Shown: piece by piece, positions 27,051 to 35,840 of the stretch
How the letters are laid out: each line of letters starts with the position of its first letter
Numbering within the stretch: position 1 is the stretch's first letter
Source: a phage
DNA length: 64,000 bases
Reading direction: 5' to 3' (one strand)
Sequence record: OZ335962.1
The notes under the pieces: model-generated
Told to the model about the DNA's origin: nothing
The model's database searches: none
What the model saw: only the letters and a program-made list of their open reading frames with translations
Made by a program: the position numbers and the translations under genes

Positions 27051-27632
27051 CTAACCGAGCTTTTTAGTTAATTCATTCCAATGTTTTCTACACAAAGAAA
27101 CATAAATTTCATCACCAATACAGATTTGATTACCTTCTTTAACCGGTGTTCCATCTTCCATTAATCGAGCTGTCATAATAGCCTTTTTACCACAATGACA
27201 AACTGCCTTTAGTTCAATAAGTTTATCTGCAATCGCCAAAAGTTCTTTAGAACCTTCAAATAATTTTCCAGCGAAATCAGTCCTTAGTCCATAAGCCATA
27301 ACAGGAACACTATATGTATCAACAATTCGGCTTAATTGATGCACCTGTTTAGTTTTTAAAAACTGGGCTTCATCTACAAATACACAATGAATATCTTTTT
27401 GTGCTTCAGCCCATTTATAGAACTCAAAAATATCCATATCATCCGTAATAATATTCGCTTCCTGCTTAATTCCAATGCGAGAAACGACTTCACAGACAGA
27501 ATCACGAGTATCAATAGCAGGCTTAAGAACTAATACACCCATTCCGCGTTCTTTATAATTATGTGCAGCAGTCAAAAGAGAAGCAGATTTTCCAGCATTC
27601 ATTGCTGCGTAAGTAAAAATTAAACTCGCCAT
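27051..27632 (-). CDS. tk: Thymidine kinase
   Basis: 193-aa ORF, P-loop AMNAGKSASLL, Zn-ribbon cysteines CHCG...C; matches recalled T4 Tk. Confidence 0.92.
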   Translation of the reverse strand: MASLIFTYAAMNAGKSASLLTAAHNYKERGMGVLVLKPAIDTRDSVCEVVSRIGIKQEANIITDDMDIFEFYKWAEAQKDIHCVFVDEAQFLKTKQVHQLSRIVDTYSVPVMAYGLRTDFAGKLFEGSKELLAIADKLIELKAVCHCGKKAIMTARLMEDGTPVKEGNQICIGDEIYVSLCRKHWNELTKKLG

Positions 27633-27641
27633 ATCACCTTC

Positions 27642-27827
27642 TTAAAGCGTATTCACATAAGCTATTAATTCGTTTTCTTTCTTATCAAACCGATCAGCAA
27701 ATTCTTCTTGCTGATCGGGAGATAGCGGGCCGTATTCATCATAAAAGGTGTTTGCTTCTGTATGCTCATCTAGAAGTTCATGGATAAGCTCAAACAATTT
27801 ATCTTTTTGTTCTTTACTCAGACTCAT
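27642..27827 (-). CDS. Hypothetical acidic protein (tk.1 position)
   Basis: 61-aa ORF. Confidence 0.45.
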   Translation of the reverse strand: MSLSKEQKDKLFELIHELLDEHTEANTFYDEYGPLSPDQQEEFADRFDKKENELIAYVNTL

Positions 27828-27997
27828 ATATTAATTTCCAGGAGTTTTAAAATAATTCGCTTTTGCTTAAATATTTCCATAGTTAAATGACCAGTATCTT
27901 TTTGACCGATTCCAATGGCAAAACCTTTATTGACAGCGAGTTCAATTAAATTATCAAGCTCACGTAACACTTCATATTGTAACTCAAAACTATTCAT
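27824..27997 (-). CDS. Hypothetical small protein (57 aa), not in ORF track
   Basis: ATG 27997-27995; start and stop both overlap neighbours (ATGA). Confidence 0.35.
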   Translation of the reverse strand: MNSFELQYEVLRELDNLIELAVNKGFAIGIGQKDTGHLTMEIFKQKRIILKLLEINI

Positions 27998-28200
27998 TTC
28001 GGTTTACCTTCTTTAACGAAATCGGGATAAGGATAAAATCCTGAATAAAATCCTTCACCTTTATGATTGATGCATCCTTTATTAGAACAATAGCACCAAT
28101 AATCGAAATCACAAGCCATTTCATCATTACATAAAGCAAAAACAACTGGCCATTCACACTTTTCGCAGTGGGCATTTTTAAGAATACTTGTTTGGCTCAT
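27994..28200 (-). CDS. Cysteine-rich small protein
   Basis: ATG 28200-28198 overlapping upstream stop; CEKCEW...C..C..C.C...C cluster. Confidence 0.45.
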   Translation of the reverse strand: MSQTSILKNAHCEKCEWPVVFALCNDEMACDFDYWCYCSNKGCINHKGEGFYSGFYPYPDFVKEGKPK

Positions 28201-28409
28201 AACCATGTAACCTTTAAACAATATTCTTCTACGTGTTGTTTACGACCTTTCTTATCAATAAAGGTATATTCAACGAATGTTCCAATATAGTCTTTATCTA
28301 CACCATGTGGACTATTAATTGGGCATTTAGTACGGCAAATGCGTTCCCATTGACGAATAATTTCCACTTTGTTTTTAGGATCAAACGGATGCGGGTAATG
28401 TACTTTCAT
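28197..28409 (-). CDS. Hypothetical protein
   Basis: 70-aa ORF overlapping both neighbours. Confidence 0.4.
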   Translation of the reverse strand: MKVHYPHPFDPKNKVEIIRQWERICRTKCPINSPHGVDKDYIGTFVEYTFIDKKGRKQHVEEYCLKVTWL

Positions 28410-28860
28410 AATCCATCACTATTAAATCAATATCAGGAGTAAACATGTCGATTAATTTAGAAACCTTATCCCAATCGCCGCCAGCAATACCGCAACCTAT
28501 ACGTGGAATGTAAATTACTGGTTTAAACAAAAGGGTTTCTGCCTGTAGATTTAATTCTATCATGCAGTTTACTAAAGCACCATAATCAAGATTAGGACCC
28601 GGTTCGTATTGTGTATACAGGTTATAGCATATACCAAATCCCGTAGGGCTATGTTTAAAAACAATAGACATATCGCCTAATTTATCACGAGAACCGTACT
28701 CGGTAGTGGTTTTATCTATTTCTAAAATTTTGGGATAGGCTCTTGCTAATTGACCCGCTACGCCAGAGCCCATTGTGTGGAAGCAATTGCACCCGTGCGC
28801 AATAATATTACCTTGAAGAAATAGGGCGACAATATCGCCCTTGATATATTTTACAATCAT
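28381..28860 (-). CDS. Macro-domain protein (putative ADP-ribose-binding/processing enzyme)
   Basis: 159 aa; IKGDIVA...AHGCNCFHTMGSGVAGQLARAYP and IPRIGCGIAGGDWD resemble macro-domain motifs. Confidence 0.6.
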   Translation of the reverse strand: MIVKYIKGDIVALFLQGNIIAHGCNCFHTMGSGVAGQLARAYPKILEIDKTTTEYGSRDKLGDMSIVFKHSPTGFGICYNLYTQYEPGPNLDYGALVNCMIELNLQAETLLFKPVIYIPRIGCGIAGGDWDKVSKLIDMFTPDIDLIVMDYESTLPASV

Positions 28861-29204
28861 CTAGTACTCAATCCTCGATTATAAGAATCTACTAAACGGT
28901 CAACCATTGAATGACAAGCGGCTTTATCTTTCTCCTCCGCAACTGAACATTCTAAAGTATTCCACTTTTTAGCATATCGTTTTAACAATGTATCATTTTT
29001 GTATCTGCTTGATTTATCTCTTTCTCCGTCTTTATATGCATATATTAATTTCTGCGCAAATTCAGCTTGGCATGCTTTATTTTTCCCACAATAATCCGCG
29101 GCAGTACGGTTTACATACTCTCTAATTTCAGTATATGATGTATCTGCTAACGCAGAAGCAGAAAATGAAATTAATCCTATACATAAAACCAAAATTTTAG
29201 TCAT
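28857..29204 (-). CDS. Predicted exported small protein (signal peptide, 4 Cys)
   Basis: 115-aa ORF; N-terminus MTKILVLCIGLISFSASALA; at the position of T4 vs. Confidence 0.5.
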   Translation of the reverse strand: MTKILVLCIGLISFSASALADTSYTEIREYVNRTAADYCGKNKACQAEFAQKLIYAYKDGERDKSSRYKNDTLLKRYAKKWNTLECSVAEEKDKAACHSMVDRLVDSYNRGLSTR

Positions 29205-29742
29205 TTACTATTTCCAAAAGTTTATTATTTTTAAGGTAATTAGCCTTTTCTAGGACTTCAGAAGCATATTTAGAACCTGCTTTAACATTCCATCCCGAAT
29301 TATAAGAGGATATCGCCTTTCTTATATCGCCCTTATGTATATTTAACCAATAAGAAAGTTCAATGTACGCCCAGGAAGCTGAATTGGACCGTTTATTCAA
29401 CATTCTTTTTATTTCAGCATCGGTCATATTATAACCAAGTTCCTTAACTCTTGCTCGCATAGTAGGCAAATAATTTTGGAACATTCCATAGGCATGATGC
29501 TTTGGTTTAGATTTTAAATTAACTCCGGCAGAGCTTTCTTGCCATAAAATAGCAGCCATTATATGACCTAATCCGCTCTTGTGGATATTTTTGTGTGTTT
29601 TATATTTTCCATCCTTAGAAAATTGTTCCCCGAATTGATACGCGTAACGCATGTTATCGAGTTGGACATTACTGAAAGTATGCTCGGAGCTATGCGCCAT
29701 CATTGAAATGGCCAATAGACCAGCGAGTAGTGCTTTTCTCAT
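29197..29742 (-). CDS. Exported lytic transglycosylase-like protein
   Basis: Signal peptide MRKALLAGLLAISMMAHS; SLT-like catalytic region LWQESSAG...AYGMFQ; position of T4 vs.1. Confidence 0.6.
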   Translation of the reverse strand: MRKALLAGLLAISMMAHSSEHTFSNVQLDNMRYAYQFGEQFSKDGKYKTHKNIHKSGLGHIMAAILWQESSAGVNLKSKPKHHAYGMFQNYLPTMRARVKELGYNMTDAEIKRMLNKRSNSASWAYIELSYWLNIHKGDIRKAISSYNSGWNVKAGSKYASEVLEKANYLKNNKLLEIVND

Positions 29743-29749
29743 GCTTACC

Positions 29750-30211
29750 TCATTGAGTTTTAATTACTGCTTTAGAAGCCTTTCCTGGTAAACGACGACT
29801 GTTGATAATTGCCATCCTGCATTGAAGCGACGGGTCTTTGAACTTCGCATTAGGTTTACAAACTGTAAATCCAAGCCAAAGATTTCCATCTGTGATTTCT
29901 AAACGTCCAGGACGGTATTCAACCCCATCAATAAAATCCTCATCAATGTCAGGACGCGGAGGCATACTCAGGAATTCATTAACTTCTAAAACATGGTCTT
30001 TTATTTTGTGGAATAATTCAAAAACATATGTCTCATCAATCTCCCGTTGAATTGCACGATCAAGAAGATGCTGAGAATATTTTAGATGAAACGATGAGAC
30101 CCCTGCTGCTTTTGATGCCTCACGAATCTCATTGTTAATTTGACGAAACTCCGACTCAAAGTGACGACGAAGCTTATTTCGACGGATAAAAACTTCTGTG
30201 TTGATAGTCAT
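29750..30211 (-). CDS. regB: Endoribonuclease RegB
   Basis: 153-aa ORF MTINTEVFIRRNKLRRHFESEFRQINNEIREASKAAG...; matches recalled T4 RegB; own early promoter 30239-30267. Confidence 0.88.
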   Translation of the reverse strand: MTINTEVFIRRNKLRRHFESEFRQINNEIREASKAAGVSSFHLKYSQHLLDRAIQREIDETYVFELFHKIKDHVLEVNEFLSMPPRPDIDEDFIDGVEYRPGRLEITDGNLWLGFTVCKPNAKFKDPSLQCRMAIINSRRLPGKASKAVIKTQ

Positions 30212-30238
30212 GTTATTCTCCTCTTAACTGATAGAAAA

Positions 30239-30267
30239 ATTATACCACAGTCAAGAGGAAAAGTAAA
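30239..30267 (-). promoter_or_regulatory. Early promoter of regB
   Basis: Minus strand (G)TTTACT - 17 nt - TATAAT, 28 nt upstream of regB ATG. Confidence 0.55.
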
Positions 30268-30270
30268 CAG

Positions 30271-30549
30271 TTATTCTTTAAATCTAATCAATTTATTCAT
30301 AGACTTTGAAACTTCTGCACGGACCTCATGTAGGTTTTTAAGCTGTTCAAGACGCTGCTCATAGTAAGCAATTTCATCTTCTTCGAGACAGTCCTGTGAA
30401 TCTTCTTTAAGATAACGTGCATAGTCCTGGAAAGCTTTACGGACTACTTCTTGGAAGTCATCAAGACTTTGAATTTTCTTAGGAGCAACAGATACACGAC
30501 GAGGGGCAGTATAATACTCATAACCAAACCCTGCGCTTAATTGAGCCAT
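30271..30549 (-). CDS. Hypothetical protein (vs.3 position)
   Basis: ATG 30549-30547 overlapping upstream stop (TAATG); ORF-track start 30591 is GTG. Confidence 0.45.
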   Translation of the reverse strand: MAQLSAGFGYEYYTAPRRVSVAPKKIQSLDDFQEVVRKAFQDYARYLKEDSQDCLEEDEIAYYEQRLEQLKNLHEVRAEVSKSMNKLIRFKE

Positions 30550-30815
30550 TAATATTTTTCCTCTGGTTGGAACACAGCACGACAAGCCCACATACTAGCT
30601 TCTTTGAGTTTCGTTTTAGCAATAGTTAACTGATCGAGGCTTTCAGCATAATTCTTTGCGAATTCGTAGTCTTCACAATTATCTAGTGCTTCCCAGAATT
30701 CATCATATAAAGCGTCAAAGATAAGTCCTAAACGAACTTCAGCGTCTTTGATAGCATTCACTTTATCGATTTTCTCTTCAGTGTGCGGCTTATAACCTTT
30801 AATATCTTCAATCAT
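30549..30815 (-). CDS. Helical small protein at the T4 vs.4 position (candidate Acb2-type cyclic-nucleotide sponge)
   Basis: ATG 30815-30813 with SD gaggaa 7 nt upstream; 88 aa; assignment by position and size only. Confidence 0.4.
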   Translation of the reverse strand: MIEDIKGYKPHTEEKIDKVNAIKDAEVRLGLIFDALYDEFWEALDNCEDYEFAKNYAESLDQLTIAKTKLKEASMWACRAVFQPEEKY

Positions 30816-31029
30816 ATTTGACTTCCTCGCCCGTTCCCAAATCATATTCAACTAAACGAATAGGTTCATGAATGCCATATCCCTGAACAGAAATTTCTGT
30901 CGTAGGATAAATTCCACTAATATCACCCATATTCCACGCTTCATTAAATTGCTGTTCGCCTGAATTACTAAACCATTCTGCGAAAGCATTTAACACATCT
31001 TTAGAACCTTCAATAATTATCTTTGCCAT
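30808..31029 (-). CDS. Hypothetical protein (vs.5 position)
   Basis: 73-aa ORF; TAATG overlap with upstream gene. Confidence 0.45.
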   Translation of the reverse strand: MAKIIIEGSKDVLNAFAEWFSNSGEQQFNEAWNMGDISGIYPTTEISVQGYGIHEPIRLVEYDLGTGEEVKYD

Positions 31030-31391
31030 TACAAGCTCTCAGTAAAGGTACGAGCGATAACGTCGCGCTGCTGTTCCGGAGTCAGAGAGTTAAAGCGAAC
31101 TGCATAACCGGATACACGGATGGTCAGCTGCGGATATTTTTCCGGATGCTTAACTGCATCTTCCAGAGTTTCACGACGCAGAACGTTAACGTTCAGGTGT
31201 TGACCACCCTCAATTTTAACTGTAGGTTGTGTTTCAATTTCAATTTCACGGGCATGCAAACCATAGAAAATTTCTGGGTCTACAAAAGAGTCCTCTTTAA
31301 AGGTTTTAGAGACAATAATTCGTGCTTGAATACCATCTTCAAAATAAATAGTACCTCTATGTGTGCCTTCAAGAATTTGATATGCTTTCAT
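31029..31391 (-). CDS. grcA: Autonomous glycyl-radical cofactor (GrcA/YfiD-like)
   Basis: 120 aa; C-terminal half [59 protein letters not shown] is the glycyl-radical domain with RVSGY motif. Confidence 0.85.
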   Translation of the reverse strand: MKAYQILEGTHRGTIYFEDGIQARIIVSKTFKEDSFVDPEIFYGLHAREIEIETQPTVKIEGGQHLNVNVLRRETLEDAVKHPEKYPQLTIRVSGYAVRFNSLTPEQQRDVIARTFTESL

Positions 31392-31397
31392 ATAACC

Positions 31398-31727
31398 TCA
31401 ATTAGAAAATAAATTTATCCAAGATTGTTCTTTAATTAAAAATGGCTCAGAATCATATGCCATTAAACTTTGTGTGATTAGTCCTTTAAAAGGCCCATCA
31501 ATAAATTCCATAGTAAAATATGGAATTTTATTCATTAGTCGTGCATTAGGAGCAGTGCACAAAACTCTGCATCCTTTGAATACGCCTTTTTGTAATTTGT
31601 ACTGCTTAGGATAAAATTCGCTCAAGACGTTATTATTTGCCAAAATTTCAAAATGATTCACCAACTTATTTTTAATAGTTTTTGGTGAAAAATAAAGATA
31701 TTCGAAAAGCTGTGTGTCTGTCATCAT
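31398..31727 (-). CDS. Hypothetical protein (vs.7 position)
   Basis: ATG 31727-31725 overlapping upstream stop (ATGA); ORF-track extension overlaps upstream gene by 55 nt. Confidence 0.45.
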   Translation of the reverse strand: MMTDTQLFEYLYFSPKTIKNKLVNHFEILANNNVLSEFYPKQYKLQKGVFKGCRVLCTAPNARLMNKIPYFTMEFIDGPFKGLITQSLMAYDSEPFLIKEQSWINLFSN

Positions 31728-32311
31728 TGCATTCCAATCACAAAAAATTGAGGACGAGTAATACCGCCAATGCAGCATTTACTGTTGCAGCAGTGTTGCA
31801 CAGTTTCAATATGAATATCATAAATTTTATCCATATCAGGAGATTTAACAGGCTCATCGATTATATACAAGATTCGAGAAAGCGATAAACCTCTGAACTT
31901 GCTACCTCTATTACCAATAAAACTACGGACAGAATCGGTAAATAAGCGGAATCGGATATCATCGCTAGAATAACGAGAAAATTCTTTTTTAATGTGGCCT
32001 GCAGAAATTTTAGCGTAAGCTGAAGTGTTAGAAAGAACAATAACTGTTCCACCATCATACAGCCAATTAGCAGCAAAATTAGTCACAGCAGTTGATTTAC
32101 CGGATTGACGTCCACCATCTAGTCGAAGTGTACAATACTGTTTGAGCAAGTCTTCAAATGGTAGGATATAATCGTTTTTACAAATTTCTTCTACTCTAGC
32201 ATCAGAATGGTGTGTAAAAGCATTCATCAGGGATAGATAAGGACCAGTTAAAAATGTTCTCATTTTATTCTCTCTAAATTTGGGCCATTCCATGGCGCGT
32301 GAATTGTCCAT
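31724..32311 (-). CDS. P-loop NTPase-like protein (vs.8 position)
   Basis: 195-aa ORF with GGRQSGKST Walker A and ILYIIDEP Walker B-like; start uncertain. Confidence 0.5.
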   Translation of the reverse strand: MDNSRAMEWPKFRENKMRTFLTGPYLSLMNAFTHHSDARVEEICKNDYILPFEDLLKQYCTLRLDGGRQSGKSTAVTNFAANWLYDGGTVIVLSNTSAYAKISAGHIKKEFSRYSSDDIRFRLFTDSVRSFIGNRGSKFRGLSLSRILYIIDEPVKSPDMDKIYDIHIETVQHCCNSKCCIGGITRPQFFVIGMQ

Positions 32312-32416
32312 TTCTGTATTTACCCATTACCGCACTTGGGCTCGACCTTATTACAGGTTGGCGGGAATCCCTCATAGAATCATGAAGTCCAGCTTGTTCC
32401 CATATTTCTTATTTGC

Positions 32417-32890
32417 TTATTTGAATGATTTGACGTACTGAATAGAGCCTTTGCTATTCACGAAAGCGATTTTACCATTTTTGTTATACATGGTAGCAGT
32501 ACGCTGATAGCCATAAGTTTGCTTACCAGATTGATAACCAACTAGTGCGAAATTATCTTCACCCATTTTATTCTGCTTAGCGCGGATACGTTCATGACCG
32601 TGCGCCATAAGAACCTTAGCATCACCAGTTGCAATGGATCTACGAGTTTTTTCATCTTCAACTGTATTAACAAAGTCGTCAAATGAATCAAATTTAGCAT
32701 GAGATTTATTATACAGTTTTCCATCTACTGCATAATTATATCCCTGTACATCCATCTCAACTTCTGTACCATCATCTAATACAGCAGTGATTTTTTGACC
32801 TTTTTTAAATTTCAAAAGATCAGTAAAAGATTCAGCAATAATTTGAGAATTAATAGCTGCTTCAGTGATAAATTCTTGATATGTTTTCAT
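32417..32890 (-). CDS. Internal-protein-like protein with N-terminal capsid-targeting sequence
   Basis: 157 aa beginning MKTYQEFITEAAINSQIIAE (T4 internal-protein CTS consensus MKTYQEFIAE; I/L-x-E cleavage sites); late promoter TATAAATA 35 nt upstream. Confidence 0.6.
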   Translation of the reverse strand: MKTYQEFITEAAINSQIIAESFTDLLKFKKGQKITAVLDDGTEVEMDVQGYNYAVDGKLYNKSHAKFDSFDDFVNTVEDEKTRRSIATGDAKVLMAHGHERIRAKQNKMGEDNFALVGYQSGKQTYGYQRTATMYNKNGKIAFVNSKGSIQYVKSFK

Positions 32891-32899
32891 GTGTTTCCT

Positions 32900-33316
32900 T
32901 TAAATGTAAATATTTTTGCCGTAGTATTTATACCAGTGTGGCTTCATTAAAATTTTTTCATCGAGTCGTTGTTGACTCAATTTAATAGCCGATTTGCATT
33001 GGTTATAATCATTTTTCCATTCTGCTGGAATATCGCTGATGTCAGGAACTTCAGTATCTTTTATACTAAACCCACGTTTTAAGCATTCCGCTATAATGTC
33101 TGATTGACGCTTTCGCAAAAATTCTAACTTATCATAAAAGAACGTAACATGACCAGAACCTAAAATAAACTCGGAAGATATTTTAAAATCTTTAACCCGC
33201 TTACCATTTGCCACATGTTTACGAACTATACCAAAAACACGTGGCAATTCACGGTATTCTGCGATTAAATGTTGATCAGCAAGTTCAGATACTAAAGTCA
33301 AATTAATACGAGTCAT
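32900..33316 (-). CDS. denV: Endonuclease V (pyrimidine-dimer DNA glycosylase) DenV
   Basis: 138-aa [32 protein letters not shown]...; matches recalled T4 DenV. Confidence 0.9.
   Translation of the reverse strand: MTRINLTLVSELADQHLIAEYRELPRVFGIVRKHVANGKRVKDFKISSEFILGSGHVTFFYDKLEFLRKRQSDIIAECLKRGFSIKDTEVPDISDIPAEWKNDYNQCKSAIKLSQQRLDEKILMKPHWYKYYGKNIYI
32925..32932 (-). promoter_or_regulatory. Late promoter (TATAAATA) for internal-protein-like gene 32417..32890
   Basis: Exact TATAAATA on minus strand, inside the 3' end of denV, 35 nt upstream of ATG 32890. Confidence 0.5.
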
Positions 33317-33340
33317 TTTATCCCTCCTAGAATTGTGAAT

Positions 33341-33369
33341 ATACTATCACAATTCTAGGAGAAAGTAAA
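33341..33369 (-). promoter_or_regulatory. Early promoter of denV inside a 15-bp perfect inverted repeat
   Basis: Minus strand (G)TTTACT - 17 nt - TAGTAT; IR ctcctagaattgtga (33324-33338) / tcacaattctaggag (33347-33361) flanks the -10. Confidence 0.55.
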
Positions 33370-33374
33370 CAACT

Positions 33375-33905
<531 letters not shown>

Positions 33906-34361
33906 TTAAAAGAGGCTGTTCATTATTCGGTAAAGTGAAGGACCCATCACATATTGCCACTGAGTACGAGGAATAAGAGCAAAAGCATCCATCTCTGGAA
34001 TCATAACGCCATCTTTATTTTCAAAATAAGACTCGCAATGGCAATTTCTAAACATCTCATGCTCTACTGGAATCGTATAATAAAATAACTGTAAGTCTTT
34101 ATTACTAGAATATTTAAATACACCTAAGTCTTCTAGAAGGTCTGGATTATAATCGATAAAACCAGTCTCTTCTGAGCATTCTCTTTTTGCAGCTTCCAGT
34201 GCATTCAAATCAGAACTTTCTACACGCCCCTTTGGAATATCCCAGCGATGTGCCATCATTCCAGGTTTACGAGAACCGGTAACTCGTCCCATAAATAAAT
34301 CTTTATCTTCTGTCATAAAGATAATACCAGCTGATAATGTTTTCATTTTAATTTCCTGCAT
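33906..34361 (-). CDS. nudE: Nudix hydrolase NudE
   Basis: 151 aa with Nudix box GRVESSDLNALEAAKRECSEETG. Confidence 0.8.
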   Translation of the reverse strand: MQEIKMKTLSAGIIFMTEDKDLFMGRVTGSRKPGMMAHRWDIPKGRVESSDLNALEAAKRECSEETGFIDYNPDLLEDLGVFKYSSNKDLQLFYYTIPVEHEMFRNCHCESYFENKDGVMIPEMDAFALIPRTQWQYVMGPSLYRIMNSLF

Positions 34362-34831
34362 TCAGTGATAAAATTATTTAAATTTTGAGCATATTTCTTT
34401 TCATCAAAAATCTTTTGTTGTCTGCGCATCCGCCATGGCATTTCAATGAACATGTACCATATTCCTGATAATATTGATGCTGTAAAAATATTAACAAGTA
34501 TAATTAAAAGAATCCAATCTCCCGTTCTGCCTACTGGACTTTCTCCAAAGAAGCAAAATACAAATGATGTCACAGGAAAACTAATAATATACCACAGAAT
34601 CATAATCTTATCTGTGAACCAATCAGCGTTCGTTAATTTAGCGCGACCGTTTCGAATACACACGAATTTATCATCTGTCGCAGTAGATGGCTTAGCTGCT
34701 TGATATCCCATTCTAAACTCCCTAATTAATCGTTTCTTTGTATCTTCAGAACAGCCGCTCCAGTCAACTCTATCAACTGAAATGCCATCGTCCCCATCAT
34801 CTAAATCATACCAGCGAGTTTTTAAAATCAT
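34343..34831 (-). CDS. Membrane protein (soluble N-domain plus 2 TM helices); full-length copy of a tandemly duplicated gene start
   Basis: 162-aa ORF; first 82 codons identical to 34832..35086. Confidence 0.5.
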   Translation of the reverse strand: MILKTRWYDLDDGDDGISVDRVDWSGCSEDTKKRLIREFRMGYQAAKPSTATDDKFVCIRNGRAKLTNADWFTDKIMILWYIISFPVTSFVFCFFGESPVGRTGDWILLIILVNIFTASILSGIWYMFIEMPWRMRRQQKIFDEKKYAQNLNNFITECRKLK

Positions 34832-35093
34832 TTAATTTATAATATACCACAGAATCATAATCTTATCTGTGAACCAATCAGCGTTCGTTAATTTAGCGCG
34901 ACCGTTTCGAATACACACGAATTTATCATCTGTCGCAGTAGATGGCTTAGCTGCTTGATATCCCATTCTAAACTCCCTAATTAATCGTTTCTTTGTATCT
35001 TCAGAACAGCCGCTCCAGTCAACTCTATCAACTGAAATGCCATCGTCCCCATCATCTAAATCATACCAGCGAGTTTTTAAAATCATTTAATTT
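34584..35093 (-). repeat. Perfect head-to-tail tandem duplication, 2 x 255 bp (34584-34838 and 34839-35093)
   Basis: Base-by-base comparison: both copies identical; flanks diverge on both sides; unit = 7 nt leader + first 82 codons of gene 34343..34831. Confidence 0.9.
34832..35086 (-). CDS. Truncated duplicate (N-terminal domain only, 84 aa) created by 255-bp tandem duplication
   Basis: Identical to the N-terminus of 34343..34831 then IIN-stop at the repeat junction; has the original SD aggaaa. Confidence 0.4.
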   Translation of the reverse strand: MILKTRWYDLDDGDDGISVDRVDWSGCSEDTKKRLIREFRMGYQAAKPSTATDDKFVCIRNGRAKLTNADWFTDKIMILWYIIN

Positions 35094-35445
35094 TCCTACA
35101 ATCACTCACAAACTCTTCCATTGATTCTTTTTCAATATAAGACATATAGCTATTATATTCCTTTAATTGTATTTTGTAATCCTTTTTTCTTTGCCAATTT
35201 ATTTTAAAATTATCATAATGAAAATATAACATGGTACCAAAGAATGAAAATAATGAAATCGCTATAGTAAAACGAAGTTCACTCCAAACCTCTATTATAA
35301 TTACTGTGCCGTCGATGTTTAAAATAAAACAGTCAATTAACAATCCAATAAGACTACCCGCAAGAGCTGCAAATACTGATACAGCAAGAATTAATAGTGC
35401 CTCAGGAAACGAATATTTGACTTTATTTAGTTTTGGCTTTTGCAT
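35083..35445 (-). CDS. Membrane protein (2 TM helices)
   Basis: 120-aa ORF, SD aaggaa. Confidence 0.5.
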   Translation of the reverse strand: MQKPKLNKVKYSFPEALLILAVSVFAALAGSLIGLLIDCFILNIDGTVIIIEVWSELRFTIAISLFSFFGTMLYFHYDNFKINWQRKKDYKIQLKEYNSYMSYIEKESMEEFVSDCRKIK

Positions 35446-35840
35446 CGTGATTCCTTAACAAATTTCATAATTTCATCAAATTCATACATATCTAGCTTAA
35501 GCTGGTGTTCCTTTTTAATCTTTTTACACTGAGCTTTCCAATCACGTACACGTTTACGATAATGTCTTCCTTGATACCAGTATCCTACCCAATTTACAGG
35601 TACTAATAAAAGCGGAACTACCAATGGAAGAATTAGTGTTGCTCCAAATATTACACCAGATTCAATATCAGTCATAACGTCTATAACCATTCCAGCAATC
35701 ACCAAAATCACAAATGATACAGCTACCACAGGACCTATTAACACATCAGTAGAAATTAGCTGACGCTTTGGTTCATACTTCACAGGTTTACTTGGAAGGT
35801 ATAGTGATGGCTTTGACATATTCTCTACATTCCTTAACAA
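35427..35840 (-). CDS. Membrane protein (2 TM helices)
   Basis: 137-aa ORF; start uncertain. Confidence 0.45.
   Translation of the reverse strand: MLRNVENMSKPSLYLPSKPVKYEPKRQLISTDVLIGPVVAVSFVILVIAGMVIDVMTDIESGVIFGATLILPLVVPLLLVPVNWVGYWYQGRHYRKRVRDWKAQCKKIKKEHQLKLDMYEFDEIMKFVKESRCKSQN

Noticed and set aside
32312-32416. GC-rich 104-bp spacer upstream of the P-loop gene 31724..32311, considered as a structured RNA or tRNA remnant
   Set aside because: Only 3-4-bp stems found, no tRNA-like T-arm or acceptor pairing; insufficient evidence.
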